From the human T2T-CHM13v2.0 reference genome, Homo sapiens: a stretch of DNA of 64,000 bases. Positions within the stretch are counted from its first letter, which is position 1; each line of letters begins with the position of its first letter. The stretch lies in assembly GCF_009914755.1 (NCBI RefSeq), contig NC_060947.1. One strand, 5' to 3'. This document shows positions 63,787 through 64,000 of the stretch, in pieces. The position numbers and the translations under genes are program-made. The notes below the pieces were generated by a model, which made no database searches, was not told where the DNA came from, and saw only the letters and a program-made list of their open reading frames with translations.

Positions 63787-63926
63787 CTGGGAAAGGTAAT
63801 AAAAAGTTGGCACAAATAGGATGCCAACAGCGTAGTGTATCTCAACAATTCTGGAGGCAGGAAATCTTCACAAGGTAATATATTTGATTTGAGCTTTTTC
63901 ATCAGCTGTACTAAGTGAAGAATCAT
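63787..63926 (-). other. Candidate exon (ATG to donor) of a putative transcript; true 5' end may lie further right
   Basis: Perfect donor CAG|GTAAGT at 63787/63786; ATG at 63926 in an open frame. Confidence 0.35.
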
Positions 63927-64000
63927 TACTTGTGCCCAATCATTTAGGAGTCTGGAGTCTTCAAAGCTCAAGGAGTAGGGGTTGGAGGCCCTTTAAATTC

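Overview
This is primate (most likely human or great-ape) genomic DNA, AT-rich and CpG-poor. It is intergenic or intronic in character and dominated by nested transposable elements. The largest element is a near full-length, ORF-disrupted L1PA15/16-type LINE-1 (1856-12030) that hosts a THE1/MST MaLR provirus, two THE1 solo LTRs, an Alu and two small retroposed fragments. The rest holds several truncated, deleted or 5'-inverted L1s (L1PA2/3 to L1ME), about 12 Alus (J, S, Y), ERVL/MaLR/ERV1 solo LTRs (LTR33, MLT1, MLT2A1, MLT2B, MER4 group), MIR, L2 and hAT fragments, and microsatellites. I recognise no known protein-coding gene, RNA gene or CRISPR array. Nearly all ORF-track entries are TE remnants or low-complexity artefacts. 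Repeat subfamily names come from recalled consensus features, not a database search, and boundaries of old repeats are approximate. I found no evidence of a new biological system. The best leads are: (i) a frame-compatible two-exon ORF with strong splice signals at 63339-63926 (-); (ii) a 54-codon signal-anchor-like smORF at 60777-60941; (iii) candidate short exons on both strands; and (iv) unusual rearrangement scars, namely a locally templated 245-bp L1 duplication, a MaLR provirus lacking its 5' LTR with an LTR-end snippet inside, a fold-back AT-rich palindrome, a trimeric Alu and an L1 with an ORF1-derived inverted cap.
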